A stretch of 64,000 nt of DNA, from NCBI GenBank assembly GCA_022561385.1, contig JADFRG010000004.1, positions 18,822 to 82,821 of the forward strand. The letters are read 5' to 3'. This DNA is from Chloroflexota bacterium. GTDB lineage: Bacteria > Chloroflexota > Anaerolineae > Anaerolineales > E44-bin32. Shown piece by piece: positions 27,501-37,063 of this stretch. Under the pieces are notes generated by a model. That model saw only the letters and a program-made list of their open reading frames with translations. It was not told the origin of the DNA and searched no databases. A program made the translations under genes and the position numbers. How positions within the stretch are numbered: position 1 is the first letter of the stretch; every line of letters begins with the position of its first letter.

Positions 27501-28840
27501 TTCAGGCGATTGTTGCGATTGATGACTCGGCGATAGAGATCGTTCAGATCGGAGGTAGCGAATCGTCCGCCATCGAGCTGAACCATCGGTCGCAAGTCGG
27601 GTGGGATCACGGGCAACACGGTCAAGATCATCCACTCCGGTTTGTTTCCCGATCGCCGAAAGGCCTCCACCACGGTGAGGCGCTTTGTGGCCTTCTTGCG
27701 GCGCTGCTTGCTCTTCGTCGTGCGGACTTCCTCCCATAGTTCGAGCGCAAGCTTGTCCAGGTCCAGGCGCTGGAGAATGTCGTAAAAGGCCTCGGCCCCC
27801 ATGTCGGCCCGGAACACCTGCCCCCAGCTCGATTTCAGCTCCCGGTAGCGGGTGTCGCCGAGGAACATCATCTGGCTAATTCCCTCCAGCTCCTCGCGCT
27901 CGTTCACCAGCTGTTCGATCCGCGCCAGGTTCTCCTCTTGTGGAGCAGCTTTAACTTCTTCCAGCGCGCTATCCGCGAGTTCCTTGACCTCCTCGATTTC
28001 GGCCTTTACCTTTTCGGCTTTTTCTTCCCACTTTGCCTTGGCAGAGCCTTCGATCGTCTCCAGCCGTTCCTTGACGATTTCTTGGACCGCGGCGAGGTGA
28101 TCTTTGGATATCGTCTCGCCCTTCTCGGCGATTTCCTGATTTACGGCCTTAAACACGATCGCCACCCGAATGGTCTTCCCAGACTTGTCGCGCAAATCAC
28201 GCTCAAGCCGCTGGCCTTCTCGAATGATCGGGTCTATTTGCTGGGCGACTTCCTCTTCATAGGCCGCTTTGAGCGCCTTCTGCTCGGCCTCCAACTCGTC
28301 CAGTCTTTCCGTCTTTTGGGCGTTGATTGCGTCCAGCTCCTCATTCACCGCGTCGTGATGAGCGGTCTGCTGGGTCGAGATTTGTTCGTCGATTCGCTTG
28401 ATCGCCTTGCTGCGCGCATCCTCGTCGACATGGGTCACAATGTACTGCGCGAAATAAAGTACGCGATCAAGATTTCGCCGGGAGATGTCCAGGAGCAAGC
28501 CCAGGTAGGAGGGTACACGCCGCGTATACCAGACGTGCGCCACTGGAGCTGCCAGCGTGATATGCCCCATGCGCTCACGCCGCACCGAGGCACGCGTAAC
28601 TTCTACACCGCACTTTTCGCAGGTAATGCCTCTGAATCGGATATTCTTGTACTTGCCGCAGTAACACTGCCAATCTTTGGTGGGGCCAAAGATTGCCTCA
28701 CAGAACAAGCCGTCCTTCTCGGGACGCAGGCGCCGGTAATTGATGGTTTCCGGCTTCAGTACTTCGCCATAAGACCAGCTGAGCATGATCTCAGGCGAGG
28801 CGAGGCTAATACGTAGCGCTCGAAACCTTTTCGATTCCAC
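24548..28840 (-). CDS. rpoC: DNA-directed RNA polymerase subunit beta'
   Basis: Zn finger [48 protein letters not shown] and GLKENVIIG; GTG start with GGAGG. Confidence 0.99.
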   Translation of the reverse strand: MESKRFRALRISLASPEIMLSWSYGEVLKPETINYRRLRPEKDGLFCEAIFGPTKDWQCYCGKYKNIRFRGITCEKCGVEVTRASVRRERMGHITLAAPVAHVWYTRRVPSYLGLLLDISRRNLDRVLYFAQYIVTHVDEDARSKAIKRIDEQISTQQTAHHDAVNEELDAINAQKTERLDELEAEQKALKAAYEEEVAQQIDPIIREGQRLERDLRDKSGKTIRVAIVFKAVNQEIAEKGETISKDHLAAVQEIVKERLETIEGSAKAKWEEKAEKVKAEIEEVKELADSALEEVKAAPQEENLARIEQLVNEREELEGISQMMFLGDTRYRELKSSWGQVFRADMGAEAFYDILQRLDLDKLALELWEEVRTTKSKQRRKKATKRLTVVEAFRRSGNKPEWMILTVLPVIPPDLRPMVQLDGGRFATSDLNDLYRRVINRNNRLKRLVELGAPDVIVRNEKRMLQEAVDSLIDNAQRGKALSRRGRRELKSLSDMLKGKKGRFRRNLLGKRVDYSGRSVIVIGPNLKLHQCGLPKTMALELYRPFVISKLVLYNYAANVKGAKRIIERERPEVWEVLEEVIKDRPVLLNRAPTLHRLGIQAFEPVLVEGKAIQLHPLVTSAFNADFDGDQMSVHVPLSERAVTEARELMLSSVNLLKPADGAPIVSPSKDMVLGVYYLTMQVEGKGRKGEGRAFSSIEEVEMVWSLGDVDLHAPIKLQIVSWYDDEGARLAEGVKRVIDTTVGRALFNSVLPDELRFVNHVLDKEAMQTLVAEIYRQLREDGTPEVVDAIKDIGFSFATQSGTTIAVSDITVPKEKGEIIARTLEAAELVRADYQRGLLTEQEQNERVIELWQNTTAEVAAAVRAGMDPAGNLSIMAVSGATKGGFGPISQLAGMRGLMADPAGRIIPLPIRSNFRDGLNTLEYFISTHGARKGLTDTALRTADAGYLTRRLVDVAQDVITNSEDCGTELGIVLRSSDDVAGQDFSARLLGRVLAKAVADPETGEVLYPRRQVLDAEAAQQIEEAGVEEVMVRSPLTCELQFGMCAECYGMDLGRGKMVELGAAVGIVAAQSIGEPGTQLTLRTFHTGGVAAGGDITTGLPRVEELFEARKKPKGEAITSEIEGTVQILAPDTPDGQRVVRVEVSQMLHDEYKIPGNWSLQTEDGDEVEAGDLIASRGDSKTTALHGGKAMVEDRLVTISYEQKDEAEYDVPASARLFVKHGDKVEAGDQLTEGSQNPHRILMILGREACELYLLTEVQQVYRSQGQNINDKHFEVIIRKMLSKVQISHPGDTDLLPGDLVDRRYLQRLNEQLLLDGKSPARATQILLGISKASLSTESFLSASSFQHTIKVLAGAAIEGKVDHLRGLKENVIIGKLIPAGTGFPGEERVLHDERLDGVFVPKEEVEPEPDEDADALKVPEAEMVAAD

Positions 28841-28993
28841 GCGTTCCCCTCCGCTTTATGTAAAAACTAGGTTTCTCTCGGAATACGAACAAACGTGCTA
28901 GGATCGTCACAAACGAAACCAGCGCTCAAGCCACCGTGCCTCGAACGCTGCCTCGAACAATTTTCGCGGCGATCCTTTGCCATGTAAGGCTAT

Positions 28994-29021
28994 ATTATAC
29001 GTCTGGGTTCGCGAATGTCAA
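28994..29021 (-). promoter_or_regulatory. sigma70 promoter of rpoC
   Basis: TTGACA-16 bp-TATAAT; the -35 overlaps the TGA stop of the upstream kinase gene. Confidence 0.75.
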
Positions 29022-32000
29022 GCATGGGCCTTGTTTTCGGCTGAGACTTGTTTTCGCTGTAAGAGCAAGGGGATGGCGATCGTGAACTTGCTTCCCACTC
29101 CAAGCCGGCTTTCGACGCTCACCCTCCCGTGATGCTGCTCGACAATCGACTTGACGATCGCCAGTCCTAGCCCGGAACCCTTGGTGTCGTCTTTGCCAAG
29201 TCTGAAGAACTTTTCGAATAGCCTGGGCTGATCGGCGGGAGCGATCCCCACCCCGGTGTCTTCCACCTGAAAGATCTGGCGGCCATCCACTTGCTCGGCT
29301 CGCAGAATGACGCGGCCTCCTGAAGCGGTATATTTAATGGCGTTGTCAACCAGGTTGGAAACGGCTTGACGAAGCAGCATCGGATCCGCCTGAACCGGTT
29401 CCATGGAGTCGTCGAGTTCTATCTCGAGCGACACCCGCTTGTTAAGCGCCTGGGGTCGGAAGGAGTCCAGGATGTCTTGTGCCACGCGCGAGATCTCGAC
29501 CGGTTCGGGCGAGAGGCCAATCCCGGTCTCAATGCGCCCCAGGTCCAGCAGATCGTCTACCAACTTACTCATTCGGTCGACGCTCGTAAGGATCTTGTCC
29601 AGAAACTCCTGCTGCTGATCGTTGACCGGGCCCACATTCGACAACATGGTCGCATAGCCGCGCATCAGGGTGAGCGGCGCGCGCAGGTCGTGGCTAACGG
29701 TCGAAACGAACTCCGACTTCAGCGTATCTAGAATCTTGAATTGTGTCACGTCCGATAACACACAGACCCGGCCGGTTTCACCTCCGGGCACCTCGGAGGC
29801 TACCGCGTAGAGCACGCGGCCACCTTCGGCCTTGATCTCAATCGCCTGCTCGCTCGCGGTCGGTCGGGTCAGCAGCTTTCTGAGCTCGGGGGGTCCAATC
29901 GCGTCCCTGATCGGCATTCCGACCATGTCGTCGGCTCGGCCGGTCAAGACCGCTTCGGCCGCCGGATTGGCGAGCGAGATACGCCCACTGGAATCCGTGA
30001 CAATCACCGCATCCGGAGTCGATTCCAGGATCGTCATCAATCGGCTTCGCTCTTGCTCGGCCCGGTGGTAGAGTCCCACATTGGCGAGCGAGATCCCGAG
30101 CTGACCGGCAACTATGGATAGCAACTTGGTCTCCGAAGCGGCGAATGTTCTAGGCGTTCGGTAGCCTAACCACAGCGCGCCCAAGAACTCATCTTCGTGG
30201 GAGACGGGAATCGCGATCAGAGAGTCCAAACGATCCTGAACTCCGGCTAAATCCAGTACCGCGCCCGCTCTGGATGGGTTTTCCAGCACGAATTCCCCGC
30301 GCTCCTGCGTGAGCTCCTGAATTCCCGCATCCAGGCTCTCCCATCCGAGTCCGCCCTGACCGGCCTTATAGGTTCCGGACTTGAGCACGAGTCGAACCGA
30401 TTCGGCCCCAGTCAAATCCCGAATCTTGCCGAGCACTACCGGGAGCGCCTGATCGAGGTCGAAGCTCTCGGACATGCGCTGGCTCGTCGACAACAACAGA
30501 TTTAGCTCCTCCAGGCGGGCCTTGAGGCTGATGCGCATATGTTCGAATGACGTCGAGAGCCTGCCAATCTCGTCCTCGCCTTTGGTGGTTATGTGGCGAT
30601 TCAGGTCGCCACGCGCGATCGATTCTGCGGTGGACGCCATCTGCCGTAGCGGTCGCGTGAGACGACGACTCATCAGATGTACGCCCGCAATAAACACTCC
30701 CCCGATGGTGACCAGTAAGATGAACAAATTGGCTGTGGTGGCAAATGCCAGGGTGTCCAGCGTGCGCTGCGGAGTGGAGACGATCACGCTCCAGGGGTAA
30801 CCTTCCACCGGGTGCGAGTAGACCAAAGCGCGCGCCCCTCCTGAACCCGTGGCCTCGAAGGTAACGCCTTCCGGGCCACCTGCGAACTCCGCCGGTTCTA
30901 ACCATTGCTCGGGGTCAGGGTGAGAAATCACCCTTCCCCGCTCATCCGCGATCAACGCTTGTCCGTCCTGGTATGCGGCCAATCGCGCCAGCACCGGCTG
31001 CAAGAGTGGGTTGCGCGCGAGGTCGGTCCAACCTACCACGGACGATCCCGGCCCAATCACCGGGGATACAAAAACCAGCTGCACTCCCTCATCCGCCCGA
31101 TCCGGCGCCATGGTGATCTCCTGAGGGACGCGCGCCTTGGCGGCAGCCAGGATCTCCCCATGAATTGTCACGGAGCCCTGCGGCCAATCGGCGAGCACGG
31201 TTCCGGAAGAGTCGAGCACCGCCAGGCGCGTGAAAAATGTCAGGGAGCGGTGGGCATCCGCTAACAGCGTGGTCATGAATTGATCGCGCCCTCCGACCCC
31301 TTCCATGCTGGCCGCAATATCACGAATCTGCGTCCGGCCGGTATGGATAAAAAACGGAATGCCTTCCCCGGCCTGACGTGCGGTCTGCTCCATCTGATCG
31401 GAGATGATATCGGTCGCCGAGGACCGGGCCAGCAACCAATTTCCGTAAGTCAGCGCCGAACCGCCTATCAATCCAAGCGTGACGATCACCGCCACCATAC
31501 GTGCGGCTAGAGAGCGGTTGTACGGTCCGCTTTGGATTTGGGCGGGACGATGCCATGGCACGAGAGACCGGATGCTTTCGGCTATCATTCCGGCGATGGA
31601 CATCTCGATGACGCTGGCCAACAGCGTCGGTCCGAGAAGCGAAAGTGAATAATCCAGCGCGTCGAAAAAGTCGCCGCCACTGTAGACAAAGTTTTCGATA
31701 GTCCGCATCACGCCGAACAGCAGACCCACCGCAAGCGCACTCGGCAGTGGTCGCGCCGCCAATCGCCCTGGCCAGTCTGCATAGCCACGCCGGATAAGCC
31801 AGGCAAAAACTGCGGCCTGCGCCGCGATGCTAAAGGGGGTCAGCAACCGCTGAACCATCCAGCCGCCGCGGGCAAGGCCCCCTAAGAACGCGACCGCAAT
31901 CGCAAAAGGCTCACCTAATAATCCAGCCGCCAATATCCATGGGAAGGCGCCGAATAGCGGGAACGATGCGTCGGCCGGCACCAACGGCCGGCCGGGGTAG

Positions 32001-32344
32001 GCCAACCCCTCCGCGCCAGGGAAATGCACGGCCAGCAGCGCCGACGCGATGGGCGCAGAAACGAGAAGGCCCAGAAAGAGGGCCCGATCCGATTTCTTAG
32101 GAAGGGAGAGTCGATTGTGACGGAGACCCAGAACGATCAACAGCAAATAGACCGCGATCAGCACATAACCAATATCGCGGGTGGGCAACGCCAGGTAGAA
32201 GGATCCCCCGAATCCCCAGCTCCCCACGTTCATGAGTCCTCCGAAATCAAGAGCGGCGGCGGGATTATACAAGCCCTGTAGAGATTTCGAAATCAAAGCC
32301 GGCATCGCCGGAATTTCCTCCGGGGGCACGGCGCGACCTAACAT
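29018..32344 (-). CDS. Multi-TM sensor histidine kinase (membrane domain, Cache-like, HAMP, GAF, PAS, HisKA, HATPase); start uncertain
   Basis: HAMP LTRPLRQM..GDL..DEIGRL, PAS ILESTPDAVIV, H-box VSHDLRAPL, N-box NLVDNAIKY, G-boxes DTGVG and GSGLGL. Confidence 0.9.
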   Translation of the reverse strand: MLGRAVPPEEIPAMPALISKSLQGLYNPAAALDFGGLMNVGSWGFGGSFYLALPTRDIGYVLIAVYLLLIVLGLRHNRLSLPKKSDRALFLGLLVSAPIASALLAVHFPGAEGLAYPGRPLVPADASFPLFGAFPWILAAGLLGEPFAIAVAFLGGLARGGWMVQRLLTPFSIAAQAAVFAWLIRRGYADWPGRLAARPLPSALAVGLLFGVMRTIENFVYSGGDFFDALDYSLSLLGPTLLASVIEMSIAGMIAESIRSLVPWHRPAQIQSGPYNRSLAARMVAVIVTLGLIGGSALTYGNWLLARSSATDIISDQMEQTARQAGEGIPFFIHTGRTQIRDIAASMEGVGGRDQFMTTLLADAHRSLTFFTRLAVLDSSGTVLADWPQGSVTIHGEILAAAKARVPQEITMAPDRADEGVQLVFVSPVIGPGSSVVGWTDLARNPLLQPVLARLAAYQDGQALIADERGRVISHPDPEQWLEPAEFAGGPEGVTFEATGSGGARALVYSHPVEGYPWSVIVSTPQRTLDTLAFATTANLFILLVTIGGVFIAGVHLMSRRLTRPLRQMASTAESIARGDLNRHITTKGEDEIGRLSTSFEHMRISLKARLEELNLLLSTSQRMSESFDLDQALPVVLGKIRDLTGAESVRLVLKSGTYKAGQGGLGWESLDAGIQELTQERGEFVLENPSRAGAVLDLAGVQDRLDSLIAIPVSHEDEFLGALWLGYRTPRTFAASETKLLSIVAGQLGISLANVGLYHRAEQERSRLMTILESTPDAVIVTDSSGRISLANPAAEAVLTGRADDMVGMPIRDAIGPPELRKLLTRPTASEQAIEIKAEGGRVLYAVASEVPGGETGRVCVLSDVTQFKILDTLKSEFVSTVSHDLRAPLTLMRGYATMLSNVGPVNDQQQEFLDKILTSVDRMSKLVDDLLDLGRIETGIGLSPEPVEISRVAQDILDSFRPQALNKRVSLEIELDDSMEPVQADPMLLRQAVSNLVDNAIKYTASGGRVILRAEQVDGRQIFQVEDTGVGIAPADQPRLFEKFFRLGKDDTKGSGLGLAIVKSIVEQHHGRVSVESRLGVGSKFTIAIPLLLQRKQVSAENKAHA

Positions 32345-32433
32345 AAGGTGTGGGAAGGTCGAATCCTTGCTCGCCGTTCGCCTTTATGCTAGACTGCTTT
32401 AGTCGTTTCTAGGCTCATTTTTTCAGGAAAAAG

Positions 32434-33588
32434 ATGACAGAGAAGATCCTTATCATCGATGACGACATCGATACCTTAAAACTCGTCGGCTTGATGCTGG
32501 AGCGCCAGGGGTATCAAATCGCGGTCGCAAGTAACGGCACGATCGGTCTCTCCAAGGCCGCCTCCGAGCGCCCGGATCTGATCTTGCTGGACGTCATGAT
32601 GCCGGATATGGACGGATATCAGGTCACGGAACGACTTCGGTCCGATCCCTCCCTCGCGCATATACCCATTGTTATGTTCACCGCTAAGACCATGGTGGAC
32701 GACAAGGTGAGAGGTTTCGAATCCGGCGTCGATGACTATCTGACAAAACCTACCCATCCCGCCGAGTTAACCGCCCACGTGAAGGCGGTGTTGTCGAGAT
32801 CGATCGCGACGCCGGCAGCCAAAGCACCTGAGCAGGCGCAGATTATCAGTTTTTTCGGAACGCGGGCTGGCCTGGGAACTACCACCCTCGCATTAAACGT
32901 GGGGGTCGCGATGCAACAGACCGGGACCAGCGTGGTGGTGGCGGAAATAAATCCGGGTCGGGGTTCCATGGCTCTGGTATTGGGTATTACGACCCCCACC
33001 GGTCTGACTGCCTTGCTCTCGCGATCGCTTAAGGACATCCATCTTCGATCGGTCGAGGCAGAGCTGGTGACACACAACAGCGGCGTGCGATTGTTGCTGG
33101 CGTCTTATCAACCGCAGGAGGCCGAGTTGGACGACGCTGTGCCCCAGATGGAGGCAGTGATCAGCAATCTGGTCACCATGAGCGACGCGCTGATTCTAGA
33201 CATTGGCTCGGGCGTACGCCCGTTCACCCGCCCCTTGTTGACCTTAAGCACCCGCGTAATTGCCATCGTTGAGCCGGTTTATCCTTCCAACATCATCGCC
33301 CGCGCGGTTTTAGAGGAGATGTTCTCGAGCGGATTGGAGCGCAGCAAGACCAGCCTGGCCCTCGTCACTCGAGAACGAACCAGCCTCAACATCCCGTGGA
33401 AGCAAGTCGAAGCCGATTTGGGTATCGAATTGGCAGGGATCATTTCTCCGGCTCCTGAACTTGCGCAGCAGGCGGCTCAGAACGGCAAGCCGCTGGTGAT
33501 GTTGCATCGCGACACTCTGACTGGCGATCAGATCCTCAAAATGGCTGAGACTATCAGCTCCCAGTTGACCCTCGCCAAAACCCTTTGA
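32434..33588 (+). CDS. Receiver domain fused to MinD/ParA (CpaE/TadZ-like) ATPase-fold domain
   Basis: IIDDD..LLDVMMPDMDG..TAK..KP intact receiver; degenerate P-loop GTRAGLGTTT. Confidence 0.85.
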   Translation: MTEKILIIDDDIDTLKLVGLMLERQGYQIAVASNGTIGLSKAASERPDLILLDVMMPDMDGYQVTERLRSDPSLAHIPIVMFTAKTMVDDKVRGFESGVDDYLTKPTHPAELTAHVKAVLSRSIATPAAKAPEQAQIISFFGTRAGLGTTTLALNVGVAMQQTGTSVVVAEINPGRGSMALVLGITTPTGLTALLSRSLKDIHLRSVEAELVTHNSGVRLLLASYQPQEAELDDAVPQMEAVISNLVTMSDALILDIGSGVRPFTRPLLTLSTRVIAIVEPVYPSNIIARAVLEEMFSSGLERSKTSLALVTRERTSLNIPWKQVEADLGIELAGIISPAPELAQQAAQNGKPLVMLHRDTLTGDQILKMAETISSQLTLAKTL

Positions 33589-33752
33589 GCGAAACCAGTC
33601 TCCGGCGCGGCGCCCGGGCGGCAGCAGAGTTTCCCTATTCGGCAGGTGAACAGGGCCCGCTCCTGCTTATGGTTCGGGAGTTCGGCTGTCAAGATTTGCG
33701 AACCGATGCACGCCTTTTACGGATGTCGTGGTCGAGCCGTTCGCATGGGTGA

Positions 33753-35015
33753 TTGATCAGGTGGGTCTTGAAAAGTAATCCTCCCGGCCCGGAAACTGAA
33801 ATCCGGAATTATCCAAATTTATTGAATCGGTATCAGCGCCTGCTGGAGCTGACCTCCGATCTGGCCGCGACTTTCGACCTGGATACTTTGCTGCAGCGAA
33901 TCGTGGTGGCGGCCAGAGAGTTGACCGACAGCGAAGCCTCGTCCCTCTTACTTTACGATAAACAGACCCACTCTCTCTACTTCGAAGCGGCCACCGGTTC
34001 GCTCGTAGACGGCGTCGGGCAGCGGGCCATTCCGGCGGACAATAGCATCGCTGGCTGGGTATTCACCCATGGGGAGCCTATCCTGTCCCAGGACGTGCTT
34101 AACGATCCCCGCTTCTATCGAGAGATGGATGCCCTCACGCAATTTGAAACTCAAAGCATATTGGGTGTTCCACTCCGAACGAAAGACAAGGTCCTGGGGG
34201 TCATCGAATCTGTCAACAAGACCGAGGGCATTTTTACCGACGAAGATGTGCAGATCCTGCAGACGCTTGCCGCTCAGGCCGCTATAGCGATCGAAAATAG
34301 CCAGCTATTCATGCAAAGCGACCTCATTGCTGAAATCGTACACGAGCTGCGAACTCCGCTGGCCGCTCTGACGGCCGCCTCCCATCTGCTGCAGCGCTCC
34401 GACCTCCCAGCTGACCAGCGCACGAAATTGAGCCAGACGATTCTAAATGAGGTGCAGCGCCTGAATGACCTTACGACTGATTTTTTGGAGCTCTCCCGCC
34501 TGGAATCAGGCCGCACACACTTCGAGCGTGAGCCGGTTCATTTGGGCGGTCTCGTTCAGGAGTCGTTAGAGGTGGTGCGCGCTCAGGCAGAATCCAAAGA
34601 GATCAAGCTGGAGACTGAAATCGACCCCTCGTTAACTCCTGTTCACGGCGATCGAAAGATCCTCAAGCAGCTCCTGCTGAACCTGCTCACAAATGCCATC
34701 AAATACAGCCCTCCAGAGAGTGTCGTGACGGTTGTCCTCCGCTCGGAGGGCAACGAGGTGTTGATGGAAGTACGCGACACAGGGCGCGGGATTTCACCTG
34801 AAGATCAGAAGCGCCTGTTTCAGCGGTTCTTTCGCGCGGGTAACGCACAGGACGAAGTTCAGGGAACCGGATTGGGGCTGGTGATCGCGAAACGTATCGC
34901 CGAGAGCCATGAAGGTTCGATATCCGTAGAGAGCACCCTCGGCAAGGGGTCCACATTTACGGTCAGGCTGCCCGAGCGACCCTCAACGGGAGCCACGACC
35001 CGCCCGCGCAATTAG
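33753..35015 (+). CDS. Soluble GAF-domain histidine kinase (start uncertain)
   Basis: GAF SIAGWVF..DPRF..NK..FTDED; VHELRTPL, NLLTNAIKY and GTGLGL. Confidence 0.9.
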   Translation: MIRWVLKSNPPGPETEIRNYPNLLNRYQRLLELTSDLAATFDLDTLLQRIVVAARELTDSEASSLLLYDKQTHSLYFEAATGSLVDGVGQRAIPADNSIAGWVFTHGEPILSQDVLNDPRFYREMDALTQFETQSILGVPLRTKDKVLGVIESVNKTEGIFTDEDVQILQTLAAQAAIAIENSQLFMQSDLIAEIVHELRTPLAALTAASHLLQRSDLPADQRTKLSQTILNEVQRLNDLTTDFLELSRLESGRTHFEREPVHLGGLVQESLEVVRAQAESKEIKLETEIDPSLTPVHGDRKILKQLLLNLLTNAIKYSPPESVVTVVLRSEGNEVLMEVRDTGRGISPEDQKRLFQRFFRAGNAQDEVQGTGLGLVIAKRIAESHEGSISVESTLGKGSTFTVRLPERPSTGATTRPRN

Positions 35016-35060
35016 CGCAGTTCGCCGGGGCCGGGGAGACCGGGCCGCGTCAGCTGCTTC

Positions 35061-36746
35061 CTACCCTCTCCGCCCGAACTGTCGCTCCAGCGCTGCAACC
35101 GATAGATGCACCATGGTCGGACGTCCATGCGGGCAGGTTCGGGGGGACGCACTCCGCTCGAGGTCCAAAATCAACTGCCGCTGCTCGGCCACGGACAAAA
35201 CCTGGCCGGCCTTGATCGCGGCCCGCTTACAGACCCGTGCCGCCAATCGGGCTTCTATGTGCGCGGCCAAAGGCGATTCGTCCTCTTCAAAATCTTCAAC
35301 CACCACCCTCAGCGCCCGCTCCGGGGACAGGTTGGATACCACAGCAGGCACGGCCCGCACGCGGTAGGTCTGGGCTCCGAACGGCTCGATCTTAAAGCCT
35401 AGCGATTCCAAGGCGCTCAAGTTGCGCTGTACGATGTCGGCTTCGACCTCCGTCAGTTCGATGGTTTCCGCCTGAAGCAACCCCTGGGATTCGGGCCGCT
35501 GCGATTCGACCTGGGCCATGAGCTTCTCGAATAACACACGTTCATGCGCCGCATGTTGATCGATGAGGTAGACCCCATCCGGACCTTCTGCCACGAGATA
35601 AGTTGCCGCCACCTGGCCAACCGAGCGAAGGATCGGAACGGTCAGGGTCCGTTGGGAGGCAGGCTCGATGGTGCGTTCGATCGGTTCTGAGGATCCGAAG
35701 TTCTGCGCTGAAGAACTTCCAGACCAGATAGGTTCCATCGAAATTGGCTGGACCGGCGCCTGCCCAAGCAAAGTAGCCCGGATCGCGCGTTGAACGATCG
35801 AGAAAACCAGCCCCGGATCTTCGAAGCGGATTTCCGCCTTGGTAGGATGTACATTGACATCCACGCTCTCCGGCGGCACGTCGATGGAAATGACCACAAT
35901 CGGGAAGCGCCCGACCATCAGAAAGGAATGGTAGGCCTGGATTACGGCCGATCCTAGGCTCACATCTTGAATCCATCGCCCATTTACAAACAACGTGATT
36001 TCTCGGCGATTGGACCGATTAACGAAGGGCGCCCCCACGAAACCGGATACCGTAATGCCCTGGCTAGAGGCCTTCGTGACTGGGATCATTTGTTGCGCGA
36101 GCTCCAGGCTGTATACCTTTGCCAGTACCTCGATTGGATCTCCATTTCCGCTGGACTGAAGCTGAAGGCGGCCCTCACTGCTCAATTCGAAGCGGCGGTT
36201 CGGGTAAGCCATCGCATAACGTTTGACCAGTCGGGAAATTCGCCCGCGTTCCGTAGTATCCGATTTTAGAAAACGCCGCCGGGCCGGCACGTTGAAGAAC
36301 AGGTCCTTTACCTCAACGGTTGTGCCTTCGGCGCTTCCAATGGCTTCGATCTCTCCCACACGATCCCCTTCAACTCGCAGCCGTGTACCGGCCTTCTCAC
36401 CCACCGCACGGGTCGTCACGACCATTCGAGATACAGCCGCGATAGAGGCCAGAGCTTCACCTCGAAAGCCGAGGGTTCTGATCGCATGCAGGTCATCGAT
36501 CGTTTCGAGTTTCGAGGTCGAATACCGCTCGATCGCAAGCTTGACCTCGCTTCGAGGAATTCCTGAGCCGTTATCAGCGACCTGGACCAGCGACTTACCG
36601 CCGCCTTTGATCTGCACCTGGAGCACCGTGGAGCCGGCGTCCAGCGAGTTTTCGATCAACTCTTTGACGATCGAGGAGGGGCGTTCGACCACTTCGCCGG
36701 CCGCGATGGCGGACGACACTTCTTCAGACAACACTCGAATGGGCAT
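35061..36746 (-). CDS. mutL: DNA mismatch repair endonuclease MutL
   Basis: IAAGEVVERP, GFRGEAL, DVNVHPTK, DQHAAHERVLFE and CPHGRP. Confidence 0.97.
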   Translation of the reverse strand: MPIRVLSEEVSSAIAAGEVVERPSSIVKELIENSLDAGSTVLQVQIKGGGKSLVQVADNGSGIPRSEVKLAIERYSTSKLETIDDLHAIRTLGFRGEALASIAAVSRMVVTTRAVGEKAGTRLRVEGDRVGEIEAIGSAEGTTVEVKDLFFNVPARRRFLKSDTTERGRISRLVKRYAMAYPNRRFELSSEGRLQLQSSGNGDPIEVLAKVYSLELAQQMIPVTKASSQGITVSGFVGAPFVNRSNRREITLFVNGRWIQDVSLGSAVIQAYHSFLMVGRFPIVVISIDVPPESVDVNVHPTKAEIRFEDPGLVFSIVQRAIRATLLGQAPVQPISMEPIWSGSSSAQNFGSSEPIERTIEPASQRTLTVPILRSVGQVAATYLVAEGPDGVYLIDQHAAHERVLFEKLMAQVESQRPESQGLLQAETIELTEVEADIVQRNLSALESLGFKIEPFGAQTYRVRAVPAVVSNLSPERALRVVVEDFEEDESPLAAHIEARLAARVCKRAAIKAGQVLSVAEQRQLILDLERSASPRTCPHGRPTMVHLSVAALERQFGRRG

Positions 36747-36811
36747 GGTGAGGGATTATAAGGCCGCCGGTTGACCGCCACCCCGCGACTGCATATACTC
36801 GCCAAACTAGA

Positions 36812-37063
36812 ATGGAAAACCTACCCGAGTTCAGTCCCGCGGCGGTCATCTGCCTGACGCTGCTAATAGTTGTAGGGGTGAATGGTGGTTTAATTCTCGC
36901 GGTCCGGCGCGGCGGCACACATCGCCAGGTCGAGCTGCTCAGGCGGGTAGCCAAGGCGGCGAAAAATCCCTGGTTCAATCAAGACAAGTCGTTCGGCGAA
37001 TTGAGGGAACGCGTATCCGAGCTGGAATTGGATCAGGCCGATCCTTCCGACCCCGATGGATAA
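36812..37063 (+). CDS. Small single-TM hypothetical protein
   Basis: Hydrophobic N-terminus; TTGACC-17-TATACT promoter at 36771-36799; stop overlaps the next start. Confidence 0.6.
   Translation: MENLPEFSPAAVICLTLLIVVGVNGGLILAVRRGGTHRQVELLRRVAKAAKNPWFNQDKSFGELRERVSELELDQADPSDPDG

Noticed and set aside
33589-33752. Inverted repeat TGCGAAC/GTTCGCA upstream of the GAF kinase
   Set aside because: Short stem with a poorly paired interior; cannot be distinguished from chance
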